IMG/VR virus record: IMGVR_UViG_3300008952_000066
Span: 1 to 53,538 of that record
DNA length: 53,538 nt
Direction: 5' to 3' (one strand)
Source: a virus
Taxonomy: Duplodnaviria; Caudoviricetes
Under the pieces are notes generated by a model. That model did not search any database, was not told the origin of the DNA, and was given only the letters and a program-made list of their open reading frames with translations. Position 1 is the stretch's first letter. Each line of letters opens with the position of its first letter. A program made the translations under genes and the position numbers. Positions 8,992 to 18,186 of the stretch are shown piece by piece.

Positions 8992-9708
8992 TTATAGAAT
9001 TACCGATTGTAACTCCTCGATAAGCTTTAGTACATCAATTCGGAGGATTTTTTTAGAATCTCCAAATTCTAAGTTCCAAATGTCTTTAGCTTCTTCTGTG
9101 TTACCGCCGACTGCATCTAAAATAAGATGTTTAGCTTCAGAAATAGGAATTACATCTTCAGAAATTTCTTCTTCAGGTTCAATTCCAATTATTTCTCCTG
9201 TGTGTGTTACTTCAGCGCCTAGTTCTTCAGGAACATAACCTGCTCCTAAAACAACGTCAGGAAATAAAACACGGCAAAGTTTAGAAACTGCTCGCCAAGT
9301 CAACATTGCTTCTTGGTATTGTTTCCAATTTCTTTTATCGGCTAAACCAGCCGTTTCAGCATCTTCCATAGTGAAAGTTGCTACGTGTTCATCTCCTGTA
9401 TCAGCACGTTTTCCTGTAGCTTCAGCATAAGTGTCAGTTGTTTCCAAAGTTACAGAATGTCCTGCTTGCCTAACAAGACCTAACATAGACTCAGGTCTTA
9501 AACTTGCAGAACCTTCTATAACATGGAACTGTCTCATGCTTGTCATTACATCCCAACCGTAAGCTCGACCTGCGAGTCCAGCCGCCACAATATCGGGTGC
9601 TTTACGCCGATATGCAGTAGGGATAATAGTTGAACCAGCTAAAATATCTGCTTGTCTCATAATGAGATCAAAGGTTGCTGTTTCACTTATGGGTATCAAT
9701 TCTGACAT
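8992..9708 (-). CDS. RecT/Bet-like single-strand annealing recombinase
   Basis: IIP.AYR....DI.AA...G...G...M..FHVIEG...A..AGL....W.QY..AML..RA....R..FPDV..G.Y.PEE. Confidence 0.75.
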   Translation of the reverse strand: MSELIPISETATFDLIMRQADILAGSTIIPTAYRRKAPDIVAAGLAGRAYGWDVMTSMRQFHVIEGSASLRPESMLGLVRQAGHSVTLETTDTYAEATGKRADTGDEHVATFTMEDAETAGLADKRNWKQYQEAMLTWRAVSKLCRVLFPDVVLGAGYVPEELGAEVTHTGEIIGIEPEEEISEDVIPISEAKHLILDAVGGNTEEAKDIWNLEFGDSKKILRIDVLKLIEELQSVIL

Positions 9709-10214
9709 TACAATACACCTGCACTTATAAGTTTTATTGACGCAACAAACTCACGTTCACAGAAATCAGCATCTTTAATCCCAAGATTCTTAAGTTCAGT
9801 CCATTTAGGTTCCGAACGGAAGCATCTTTTATGCAACTCTAAAGCTGTTGCATCAGGTGATTTAAGTTCACCTGTTTCAGGATCCATGCGTAAATCTTCT
9901 AAGCGAGCGCATTTTGCCACATATTTCTCTAAACCTTCACGGTCTATATTTGTGCGCCGATAAGAACCTGTCTTTTCAGCAATTAGCCCACTTGGAAGAA
10001 CTACTCTCTGTTCTCCGAGTTTATCCATTTTTATATTTGCAAGAGTTTTCGCCGCTGTAAGGGCGAAACGTATATTGCGATTGGCTTTATCAAACTGATC
10101 TATTATTTCAATCAGCGAAGCCAAATCTTCAAAGTCAGAATTGGAATCTGAAAACTCGTCTAAAAGAGCTTCAGACATATCGTTTAGCTCTTCAGCTAAT
10201 TTCAATGTTTCCAA
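9708..10214 (-). CDS. Hypothetical protein in the recombination operon
   Basis: GGAG RBS, TTG start, coupled to the recombinase. Confidence 0.6.
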   Translation of the reverse strand: METLKLAEELNDMSEALLDEFSDSNSDFEDLASLIEIIDQFDKANRNIRFALTAAKTLANIKMDKLGEQRVVLPSGLIAEKTGSYRRTNIDREGLEKYVAKCARLEDLRMDPETGELKSPDATALELHKRCFRSEPKWTELKNLGIKDADFCEREFVASIKLISAGVL

Positions 10215-10311
10215 TTTATTCTCCTAACTTTTAGCCAGTGGAAACCACCGCTGAAACCATTTTATTTCAGGGGTATGACAGGGCTGTATCAGCTATAACA
10301 AAAATATTTTA

Positions 10312-10412
10312 AAAAAAAACCAGCTAAATGTATATATGGGGTTATATGTGCGTTATAGTAGTACTCGATGGGAAATATAAAAAATAAAACGAACCGAAAG
10401 GAAAACCCCATG
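10312..10412 (+). promoter_or_regulatory. Conserved promoter/5'-end cassette, copy P1
   Basis: ATGTATATATGGGGTTATAT..CGTTATAGT-8nt-ATGGGAAATATAAAAAA..AACCGAAAGGA. Confidence 0.85.
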
Positions 10413-10877
10413 GTAGAAAAAATAAAGGTAACAGTTCTTCATAGAAATAATGAAGATGAAGTTGGAAGAATAATTGGAGACTGCTGGGAACTAACTCAGA
10501 AGTTTAATTCCGAAAGAGAAAGCTACACACCTTCATGGAAGGAAGTTTATTCATACGAAGTTGGGCAAGCTTCAATTGGATCTGAGTTTGATGGACCTCA
10601 CGAAGATTGCTTCGAAATTAACAACCGTATAAGTGGAACCGATAACGAAATGCCAGTTAAATTCCAAACACGCAGTCTAAGTGTTGGAGATTTAGTAATA
10701 ATTAGTGATCCAAATTCTCACTACATGATGAGAAATTCTAATTACATACCTGAATTTTATTTCGTAGATAGTTTCGGTTGGGTGAAACTTGACGAAAGAG
10801 ATTTTGTTCATGAAATTTCTTCAAACGAAATTCAGTTAAACCCTGAAAATTATCCAACAGTTGGGCAGGCAAACTAA
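10368..10877 (+). CDS. YodL-like domain protein (start 10368 or 10410)
   Basis: RSLSVGDLVII...YFVDSFGW motif. Confidence 0.7.
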   Translation: MGNIKNKTNRKENPMVEKIKVTVLHRNNEDEVGRIIGDCWELTQKFNSERESYTPSWKEVYSYEVGQASIGSEFDGPHEDCFEINNRISGTDNEMPVKFQTRSLSVGDLVIISDPNSHYMMRNSNYIPEFYFVDSFGWVKLDERDFVHEISSNEIQLNPENYPTVGQAN

Positions 10878-10880
10878 CTA

Positions 10881-11237
10881 ATGACTTACACGGAACTTCT
10901 TAAAAAAGCTGAAAAGCTCTCAGCTACAGAAATCAAAGAAATCTTTAAAAACCGATATTCAATTTTTGGCGGGACACAAGCTTGGATAATCAGAAAACGC
11001 CAACGCCGTGACCGTCACATTTACATCACACGGATAACTGATGACTGGCAAGCAAGCCTTCATTGTCACACCGCTGAAGATGTAAACAATCCAGCTCATG
11101 CGAGGAGACTTGAATGGCACCAAAACATGATCGGCTTGAAGAATTTAATCATCACCATTCCCGAAGAAAATGAAGATGGTTCAGATCGAATAATCGCTTG
11201 GAATGGGGAATTCCAATGCGGAGAGGAGGAAAGATAA
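10881..11237 (+). CDS. Hypothetical protein
   Basis: ORF packed in the operon downstream of P1. Confidence 0.6.
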   Translation: MTYTELLKKAEKLSATEIKEIFKNRYSIFGGTQAWIIRKRQRRDRHIYITRITDDWQASLHCHTAEDVNNPAHARRLEWHQNMIGLKNLIITIPEENEDGSDRIIAWNGEFQCGEEER

Positions 11238-11239
11238 AC

Positions 11240-11497
11240 ATGGATGGATTTTGGGATAGAGAATTTACTCCTGCTCCTTTCATGGAAGATGCAGTTTGCA
11301 AAAATGCAGATCCTACTATTTTCTTCGTGAACAAGGGAGATACAGGAATTGAAGCTAAAAAACTTTGCGAAAAATGTCCTGTAAAACAAGCTTGTTTGGA
11401 TTTCGCTATTGAAACCCACGAACGGTTTGGGATTTGGGGTGGAATGAACTTCAGAGAAAGAAACGCCGAACTGAGAAGAAGAAAAAAGGTTGTTTGA
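11240..11497 (+). CDS. whiB: WhiB-family Fe-S transcription factor
   Basis: AVC...FF...AKKLCEKCPVKQACL..A...GIWGG. Confidence 0.92.
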   Translation: MDGFWDREFTPAPFMEDAVCKNADPTIFFVNKGDTGIEAKKLCEKCPVKQACLDFAIETHERFGIWGGMNFRERNAELRRRKKVV

Positions 11498-11724
11498 TGA
11501 ACGACTGGCTAAAACATGCGGCTTGCAAAGACATGGCTTCAAATATTTTCTTTTCCACTAGAGGAGAATCTACTGAACCTGCAAAACTTATCTGCGAAAA
11601 TTGTCCTGTGAAAGAACCTTGTTTGGATTATGCGCTTGCTAATAATGAAACAATAGGTGTATGGGGTGGAATGTCTCGCAGGCAAAGAAGAAATGAAGCT
11701 CGGAGAAGAAAGCAGGCAGTGTGA
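11497..11724 (+). CDS. whiB: WhiB-family Fe-S transcription factor
   Basis: W..AAC...FF...AKLICENCPVKEPCL.YA...GVWGG. Confidence 0.92.
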   Translation: MNDWLKHAACKDMASNIFFSTRGESTEPAKLICENCPVKEPCLDYALANNETIGVWGGMSRRQRRNEARRRKQAV

Positions 11725-12209
11725 ATTTTGAAGATCATTCGTTGGAAATAACTCCACAAATACTTGAGGAAGCTCAAAAAATGGCAGACGAATTGCCAGT
11801 TTTAAATCATTCAATCAGAAAAGGCGAAGGAACTATTTACGGTTTTTTAGGGGAAATAATTTTTAGAACTTTAGTCGGTGGGGAACAACAAAACACCTAC
11901 GATTATGACATTGTGATGGCGAGTGGAATGAGGGTAGATGTTAAAACTAAAATGGTCAATTCAATTCCCCAACCGCATTATGATTGTTCTATAGCTTCAG
12001 GCCACACGCAACAAGCTTGTGACATTTATTCTTTTGTTCGAGTAATGGAAGATAAATCCAAAGGATGGTATGTCGGGTCTATTTTGAAAGAAGATTTCTT
12101 TCGGAAAGCTAGATTTGTCAAAAAAGGTGATGTTGATAAAAGCAATAACTGGAAAGCAAAAGCTGATTGTTACAATTTGCAAATTAAAGAATTAGGAGTA
12201 AGGCTTTGA
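11721..12209 (+). CDS. Putative PD-(D/E)XK-fold nuclease
   Basis: GFLGE...YDYDI...VDVKTK. Confidence 0.5.
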   Translation: MNFEDHSLEITPQILEEAQKMADELPVLNHSIRKGEGTIYGFLGEIIFRTLVGGEQQNTYDYDIVMASGMRVDVKTKMVNSIPQPHYDCSIASGHTQQACDIYSFVRVMEDKSKGWYVGSILKEDFFRKARFVKKGDVDKSNNWKAKADCYNLQIKELGVRL

Positions 12210-12400
12210 AAGAAAAACCGTGGGAAGCAATGTATCGAGCGCTTTTAAGGCGATTAACTGAAATAGCTTATCCTGATGATTATGATTTCAGCAAAAGAAA
12301 ATACAGTTTGGCTGATCTGAAAGTAATAGTAGATACACATAATGCTTTAATGAACGAATATGACGAAAAGAAAACACTAGAAGGAGGTAGCAACGGTTAA
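12206..12400 (+). CDS. Hypothetical protein
   Basis: AGGAG RBS, TTG start overlapping the previous stop. Confidence 0.5.
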   Translation: MKEKPWEAMYRALLRRLTEIAYPDDYDFSKRKYSLADLKVIVDTHNALMNEYDEKKTLEGGSNG

Positions 12401-12409
12401 ACTTATTTA

Positions 12410-12790
12410 TTGATGGATAATGTTTCTTCATGGGTATTGGAAGATACCGAATTGCCTTGGACAACTAATGCTGAAAGAACTTGGCATTATCATAAAAGAG
12501 CAAAAAAAATTCGGGAAGCAAGGGAACGATGGGCTTGGATAGCGAAGGCTTCTAAAATTCCTAAACTTGAAAAAATATCTGTTGAAGCTACTCCATTAAA
12601 AGCATCTCGCAGATCCATGCCTGATGTTGCCGCTTGCTATCCATCAGTTAAAGCCGCAATAGATGGTTTGGTGGATGCAAACATAATTTTGGATGACAAC
12701 CCTGCTCATGTAGTTAGGATTACATTCAATTCACCTGAAGTCGGTTCTAAAAATGGGTTACGGCTTCAAATAAACAAAGAAAGTGACTAA
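12410..12790 (+). CDS. RusA-like Holliday junction resolvase
   Basis: PWTTN...PDVAA..PSVKAAIDGLV.A..I.DDN. Confidence 0.75.
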   Translation: MMDNVSSWVLEDTELPWTTNAERTWHYHKRAKKIREARERWAWIAKASKIPKLEKISVEATPLKASRRSMPDVAACYPSVKAAIDGLVDANIILDDNPAHVVRITFNSPEVGSKNGLRLQINKESD

Positions 12791-12904
12791 TGAAAAAAGA
12801 AGAATCTAATGTAATTGTATTAGCGGATTATAAAAAATTCCGTCAATATTCTTTCAAGCATCCTTCTGTTTACTACAAAATAAAAAGAATGAGAGATAAA
12901 ACAA

Positions 12905-13300
12905 ATGGCATTTGACAACACAATAACTGTAATAGGGAATTTAACTAGAGAACCCGAATTGAAATACACCGCTTCAGGGACAGCGGTTTGTTCCTTCAGT
13001 GTTGCTTGGAATAGGAAAGACCAAAACCAAGCTGATGTGGCATCATTTTTTGATGTGACTTGTTGGCGAGAACTAGCAGAATATACTGCCGAATCTTTAA
13101 CAAAAGGTCAGCGAGTGATTATTCATGGAAGATTGGAACAAGAATCTTGGGAAAAAGACGGTGAAAAAAGAACCAAAATAAAAATTGTTGCTGAAGATGT
13201 GGGCGCTTCAATGAGATGGTCTGCAATAGGTTCTGTTGAAAGACCTGCCCCAAAACCTTTAATGGAGAAAAAATACGACAAACCTGAAGAACCGTTTTAA
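12905..13300 (+). CDS. ssb: Single-stranded DNA-binding protein
   Basis: GNLTREPELKYT.SG...FFDVTCWRELAE...KGQRV...C-terminal EEPF. Confidence 0.95.
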   Translation: MAFDNTITVIGNLTREPELKYTASGTAVCSFSVAWNRKDQNQADVASFFDVTCWRELAEYTAESLTKGQRVIIHGRLEQESWEKDGEKRTKIKIVAEDVGASMRWSAIGSVERPAPKPLMEKKYDKPEEPF

Positions 13301-13665
13301 TGCGGAACGATTATTTAATCCAAACTGAAGTAGAAGAATTAATGGTCAGGTTGGGAAAACAATTAGAAGAAGGAACAGAAGATTTTGCAAAGCTTTCAGA
13401 AGAAAAAGCCATAGCAGAATCCGAATACAAAGAAAGGTATTGGACTGCTTTAGTTAGGCAATTAGATAGTGAAGGTACTGGGATGCACCGTTTAACTGCC
13501 CCACAAAAAGAAGCAAGAGCTTCTTTAATGGCTAGAGAAGAATTTAGAAGATTCAAACTTATGGAAGCAAGAGAAAAAGCTTCACAACAATTTCTTATCA
13601 CTATCAGAGCAAGGTTGGATTCTTTGCGAACGATAGCGGCAAATGTAAGAGCATCAGGAGGGTAA
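13300..13665 (+). CDS. Hypothetical coiled-coil protein
   Basis: Coupled ORF, helical, ends LRTIAANVR. Confidence 0.6.
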   Translation: MRNDYLIQTEVEELMVRLGKQLEEGTEDFAKLSEEKAIAESEYKERYWTALVRQLDSEGTGMHRLTAPQKEARASLMAREEFRRFKLMEAREKASQQFLITIRARLDSLRTIAANVRASGG

Positions 13666-13667
13666 AA

Positions 13668-13910
13668 ATGGAAGATGCAGTTTTAACAAAATTAAAAGAT
13701 TCTGAAGAATTAACTAAAGAAATGAGAAAATTACAGAATCAAATAGTTGAGTGCAATAATAAACGGCGAGAATTGTGGCATCAAGCTTCTACAAGTGGAG
13801 TATCTTATACCAAAATCGCTGAACAGAGTGGAGTTGTTAAACAAACTGTTTACAACGAATTACGCAAAAGGAAAAATTTGCCTCATGTTGTCGGTAAGAT
13901 TAATGAATGA
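13668..13910 (+). CDS. Small HTH DNA-binding protein
   Basis: GVSYTKIAEQSGVVKQTVYNEL. Confidence 0.7.
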   Translation: MEDAVLTKLKDSEELTKEMRKLQNQIVECNNKRRELWHQASTSGVSYTKIAEQSGVVKQTVYNELRKRKNLPHVVGKINE

Positions 13911-14902
13911 AAGTTCTTATTGCAGGTGGGGCAGGTTTTATAGGTTCTCATCTGACAGAACGCCTTTTAAGCAGAGGCGATGAAGTTACCGTAGTCGATT
14001 CTTTAATTACAGGCAGGGAATCTAATTTAGATTTCGTTAAAGAACATCCAAAATTTGCGTTTCACAAAGTTGACATCAATCACCCTCAAGCTGTTCAATG
14101 GCTTAATTTCAGTCCTTATCAGAAAACAGGCGGATTTGATGCTGTGTTGAATTTAGCGAGTCCTGCATCACCTGATGATTTTAAAACAATCCCTATTCAT
14201 ATTTTGGAAACTGGGAGTGTGGGAAATATGAGGCTTTTAAAATTAGCAAAAAAATCTAATGCTAAATTTCTTTTAGCTTCCACTAGCGAAGTTTATGGCG
14301 ATCCTGAAATTCACCCTCAAAAAGAAACGTATAACGGTTCTGTTAATCCTGTCGGTAGAAGAAGCTGTTATGACGAAGCTAAAAGATTTGCCGAAGCCAC
14401 AACTATGTCATTCCATAATGTTTATGAGACTGATACTCGAATAGCAAGAATCTTTAATACTTACGGAGAGCACATAAATCCGCATGATGGCAGAGTTATA
14501 AATACTTTCATTAAGCAAGCACTTACAAATAAACCTTTGCCTATTTACGGAAAAGGAACTCAAACAAGGTCTTTTTGTCACGTTTGGGATCTTGTAGAAG
14601 GTTTGGTGAAACTTTTGGATTTAGATAATCCTTCAGTTCAGCACCAACCGTTTAATCTTGGTAATCCTACAGAACTTACAGTTTTTTCTTTAGCTGAAGC
14701 GATTATAGAAATGACTAATTCAGATAGCGAAATAGAGTTTCTTCCTATGCCTTTGGAAAGAGAAGGCGATCCACAATTAAGGTGTCCTGATATTACTTTG
14801 GCTAAATTACATCTTAAATGGGAACCTGAAATTAGTTTCCATGAAGGCTTAAGAAGAACCATCAATTATTTTATTGAGAAAGAACGAATTACAGCCATAT
14901 AA
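13907..14902 (+). CDS. UDP-glucuronate decarboxylase (UDP-xylose synthase)-like extended SDR
   Basis: GGAGFIGSH, LASPASP, ASTSEVYGDP..HPQ.E.Y.G.VNP.G.RSCYDEAKR, RIFNTYG, QTRSFC. Confidence 0.88.
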   Translation: MKVLIAGGAGFIGSHLTERLLSRGDEVTVVDSLITGRESNLDFVKEHPKFAFHKVDINHPQAVQWLNFSPYQKTGGFDAVLNLASPASPDDFKTIPIHILETGSVGNMRLLKLAKKSNAKFLLASTSEVYGDPEIHPQKETYNGSVNPVGRRSCYDEAKRFAEATTMSFHNVYETDTRIARIFNTYGEHINPHDGRVINTFIKQALTNKPLPIYGKGTQTRSFCHVWDLVEGLVKLLDLDNPSVQHQPFNLGNPTELTVFSLAEAIIEMTNSDSEIEFLPMPLEREGDPQLRCPDITLAKLHLKWEPEISFHEGLRRTINYFIEKERITAI

Positions 14903-14946
14903 TCCATTAATGAAAGTCATTATTTCCTGTAGAATCGCTCTAACCG
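14900..14946 (+). repeat. 47-bp dispersed repeat, copy 1
   Basis: TAATCCATtaatgAAAGTCATTATTTCCTGTAGAATCGCTCTAACCG; similar to 19934-19980. Confidence 0.75.
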
Positions 14947-15028
14947 ACAACAAATTTTGTCACCTGAAACAGTTTTGTCACACCTGTTGAATATTGTGGT
15001 TCTATAAATTAAATGCTGAGGAGGCAAA

Positions 15029-16189
15029 ATGGAAACACAAATCGAGGCTAGGAATTTGGATTTACCAAACTTAGTCCAAATGTTAAAAGAACAATCCGAT
15101 GTACGTTATGACGTTGTTGTTCCATCATCAGGAATGAAAATGACAAACGGAAATCTGATTATTAAAGGTGGTGGAGTACGGATTGATGAACAAGGCGTTC
15201 ACACCGAAGATGCCACATTAGTTCCTACACAAATTTTTGATGAAGGAATTGCTAACCGTTTAAATATACCTGCAAGGTATGTCCGCACTATGCGAGGACA
15301 AATCACTTCGGATATAGAAAATGATAACGGAACGCTTTATGACAAAAACATCAATTATTGGTTGGAAAATGATTCGTCAAGATTACATCTCGTCAGGGGT
15401 TTCAGAACCGATGACGTTGATGATTTCGGAATTGCAAGAGCATTTCTGTCTGACCGATACAGAACCATAGATAACTATGATGTGTTAATGGCAACTCTTG
15501 AAGGAGTGAAATCTGCTGGAGTTGAAGTAAATATTGACGGTGCTGATGTTTCGGATCACAGAATGGCGTTGAGGCTAACTTGCCCCGAAGTGCAACAATA
15601 CAGCGAAGAAATTTTGCGTGGTTACACCTCGCCTTTTACTGGAGAATCGGGAACGGATAATCCCACTATTTTTGCTGGTTTGGTTATTAAAAATTCTGAA
15701 ACAGGCGGTGGAGCATTTTCTATAGTGCCACGACTTGTAGTCAAAGTTTGTAATAACGGTTTGCAGATGACGAGAGATGCTATGAGGGCAGTTCATCTTG
15801 GAAGCAAATTAGAAGAAGGGGTTATTACTTGGTCAGAAGAAACTCAACAACAAGAATTGAGTTTGATAACTACAAAAACTAGAGATGCTGTTGCAACTTT
15901 CCTAGATGTTGAGTACATGAAAACCAAGATAGATGAATTGCATCAACTGGCAGGAATTGAAGTTAAACAACCTCCGAGAACTATGAAAATGATTTCTAAA
16001 AAATCAGGTTGGTCAGAAACTGAAGAACAAGATATTTTGAAACACTTTTATCAGGGTGGGGATAACTCCGCTTTGGGGGTAGCACAAGCAATTACATCTT
16101 TTGCACAGACTGTGAAAAAGACAGACAGACAAGATGAATTAGAAAGTTCTGCACTACAATCCGCAGAATTGGTTAGTATAAATATTTGA
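15029..16189 (+). CDS. DUF932/DUF945-like phage protein
   Basis: RAFLSDRY..IDN...GLVIKNSETG.G......RLVV.VC.NGL. Confidence 0.7.
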   Translation: METQIEARNLDLPNLVQMLKEQSDVRYDVVVPSSGMKMTNGNLIIKGGGVRIDEQGVHTEDATLVPTQIFDEGIANRLNIPARYVRTMRGQITSDIENDNGTLYDKNINYWLENDSSRLHLVRGFRTDDVDDFGIARAFLSDRYRTIDNYDVLMATLEGVKSAGVEVNIDGADVSDHRMALRLTCPEVQQYSEEILRGYTSPFTGESGTDNPTIFAGLVIKNSETGGGAFSIVPRLVVKVCNNGLQMTRDAMRAVHLGSKLEEGVITWSEETQQQELSLITTKTRDAVATFLDVEYMKTKIDELHQLAGIEVKQPPRTMKMISKKSGWSETEEQDILKHFYQGGDNSALGVAQAITSFAQTVKKTDRQDELESSALQSAELVSINI

Positions 16190-16199
16190 AAACTAAATA

Positions 16200-16480
16200 A
16201 GTAAATAGGTTTGAAGGTTTGTGGATGAACCGAACAATGATCCTAAATTAAATTTGGGGAGTTGGGTAGTTGAAGCAAATTGGCACCGGAAAAAACTGCG
16301 CCAATAGGAACTTACAAAGAAATAAGTTTACCTTCGGGATTCTATATAGATAATTTGTAATACCTGCCTTCAAAACTTTTACAAACACAGGGAGCCTCCT
16401 CGGTTCATTTTTCCCATCAGAAAAACCTGTGTTTGTCGGGGGCAAGGTTTTAGCAGACTAAACCTTGCCCCCCTTTTAAT
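16200..16480 (+). ncRNA. Candidate structured non-coding RNA ending in an antisense-loop hairpin and terminator
   Basis: No credible long ORF; several inverted repeats (16207-17/16367-77, 16279-84/16300-05, 16312-18/16354-60, 16381-91/16426-36). Confidence 0.5.
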
Positions 16481-16483
16481 TTT
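16438..16483 (+). terminator. Intrinsic terminator
   Basis: GGGGGCAAGGTTT..AAACCTTGCCCCC followed by TTTTAATTTT. Confidence 0.75.
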
Positions 16484-16703
16484 CCTCAAGCTTTTTATAA
16501 GCTCTACGTTTCGATTCTGTTAAGCCTCCCCAAATGCCGTGTGCAATATTTTCTTCTATGGCGTATTCGAGGCATTTCTGTTTAATTGGGCAATGGTTAC
16601 AAATAAAAATTGCTAAATCGAATTTTCCACCTTGTTCGGGAAACCACCACTTTGTAGGAAAGCCTTTGCAGACAGCATCATCTTGCCAAGCGAAAAGTCC
16701 CAT
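16476..16703 (-). CDS. whiB: WhiB-family Fe-S transcription factor (third copy, opposite strand)
   Basis: WQDDAVC...WFP...ICNHCPIKQKCLEYA...GIWGG. Confidence 0.92.
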   Translation of the reverse strand: MGLFAWQDDAVCKGFPTKWWFPEQGGKFDLAIFICNHCPIKQKCLEYAIEENIAHGIWGGLTESKRRAYKKLEEN

Positions 16704-16863
16704 TCATCCTGCAAGCTTCATTTTGCTTCTAATTTTTCTTCTGTCGTGCATTGTTGAAAAATCTACAAGCATTTACAGCCCTTTTGAGCGATGTAGAAGA
16801 TTTTTATTTAATGCTATTCATAAAGTGTTGAGAACTCGCATAGAACTGTATATAAGAAATTTC

Positions 16864-16960
16864 AAAAAAAACCAGCTAAATGTATACATGGGGTTATATG
16901 TTTGTTATAGTGGAACTGATGGGAAAAATAAAAAATACAAACCGAAAGGAAAAACCATTG
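16864..16960 (+). promoter_or_regulatory. Conserved promoter/5'-end cassette, copy P2
   Basis: ATGTATACATGGGGTTATAT..TGTTATAGT-7nt-ATGGGAAAAATAAAAAA..AACCGAAAGGA. Confidence 0.85.
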
Positions 16961-17071
16961 GATGCACATACTGAACACTTATTGAAAATGGAGCGAAAGG
17001 AAAACTTCATAAGGGAAATGCTTAAAGACGAAGATATGAAAAAGTATTTTCTCAATAGGGAGGAACGATAA
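16919..17071 (+). CDS. Small hypothetical protein (MGKIKNTNRKE...)
   Basis: Open frame from the cassette ATG. Confidence 0.5.
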   Translation: MGKIKNTNRKEKPLDAHTEHLLKMERKENFIREMLKDEDMKKYFLNREER

Positions 17072-17072
17072 A

Positions 17073-17318
17073 TTGGAAACACAAACAACACGTATTTATT
17101 GGAATAAAACCGAAGCCATTGGCTTAGAAGAAGATTCGATTTTGATTTTGACACGAAATGAAGTCAATAACAAATGCGAAGCCGAAGAATTATTCTACGA
17201 CTTGCTTAATAACATCAAGGTAACTGACTCAAAGAATCTTGTGGAAGTTTTGAACTTCACAAAATTTCACATTGACAAATGGATAGACGAAAACCAACTC
17301 AGAGAGGAGGTGAAGTAA
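17073..17318 (+). CDS. Hypothetical acidic protein
   Basis: GGAGG RBS, TTG start. Confidence 0.6.
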   Translation: METQTTRIYWNKTEAIGLEEDSILILTRNEVNNKCEAEELFYDLLNNIKVTDSKNLVEVLNFTKFHIDKWIDENQLREEVK

Positions 17319-17320
17319 CC

Positions 17321-17617
17321 ATGAACAAACTTTCTAACGAAGCAAGAATCACACTTGCAGAAAACTTTGCGAAAACAAATCAGCAAACATTTGATTTGAA
17401 GCTTGCAACAGATTTGAAAGCTGGAGATGTTATTGCTAAATGGATTGATCAACTTTCAAATATTGATCTAGACGGAATGGAAGTTATTTCTGTAGAAACT
17501 TACGAAATGATTTCTGTGCCTGATGCTGTGAAGCTCACTTTCAAAGATCCGACAACAGGAAATAAAGAAATAAATATTATTAATGGAGATTTCTTATTTG
17601 CAGTAAAAATCGTATAA
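17321..17617 (+). CDS. Hypothetical protein
   Basis: GGAGGTGA RBS before ATG 17321. Confidence 0.6.
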   Translation: MNKLSNEARITLAENFAKTNQQTFDLKLATDLKAGDVIAKWIDQLSNIDLDGMEVISVETYEMISVPDAVKLTFKDPTTGNKEINIINGDFLFAVKIV

Positions 17618-17682
17618 CCCCAATTTGACAGTTGGGCAAATATGAGTTAGAATGGTACTTGATGGGAAAAATAAAAAATATG
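17612..17682 (+). promoter_or_regulatory. Cassette copy P3 (partial), near-consensus sigma-A promoter
   Basis: TTGACA(17625)-17bp-TAGAAT-8nt-ATGGGAAAAATAAAAAA; inverted TATAACCCCA upstream. Confidence 0.8.
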
Positions 17683-18186
17683 AATCAAACAATCGAACAA
17701 CTTATAGAAAATACTCCTCGCGAGGATTTTCAATTTGTTCTACCTTTCAAATTAACTAAAAAACAAATGACAGGTTTGTTTCATCAAGTCGAAATGAAAG
17801 ATGACCGTCAAACTATCCAAGTTAACGAAGATATTTTACTTGAAACAAGAGGACACGAATTAACTGAAGGCAGATCACCTTCATGGATTGCTTTTGAAGA
17901 ATTTGTGGATGAACTTTACTGGAACATTGATAGATGGGCTGATCTTCCAAATGGCACGGATGAACAACAATGTGGAAAAGCTGATTGTGAATGTTATTCA
18001 AATAATGGTGAAGGTTTATACGACATATATTACCGAGAACAAAAAGAAGCAGGTGTTAATATCCGAACAGGACACAGCTACACTCCTCGTGAAACCAAAC
18101 ACACAATCGGTTATCAAACCAAACTCCTCATAAATTCTTGGAAGGGCTTACTCACTAAGGTCTACAAATTAGGGGAAGTAATATGA
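17662..18186 (+). CDS. Hypothetical protein (MGKIKNM...)
   Basis: Open frame from the cassette ATG; CxxxxCxC motif. Confidence 0.6.
   Translation: MGKIKNMNQTIEQLIENTPREDFQFVLPFKLTKKQMTGLFHQVEMKDDRQTIQVNEDILLETRGHELTEGRSPSWIAFEEFVDELYWNIDRWADLPNGTDEQQCGKADCECYSNNGEGLYDIYYREQKEAGVNIRTGHSYTPRETKHTIGYQTKLLINSWKGLLTKVYKLGEVI

Noticed and set aside
16534-16974. 146-aa plus-strand ORF and similar overlapping ORFs (e.g. 11096-11542, 27737-28168, 49149-49517)
   Set aside because: Antisense to well-supported genes or crossing promoters, with no recognisable motifs
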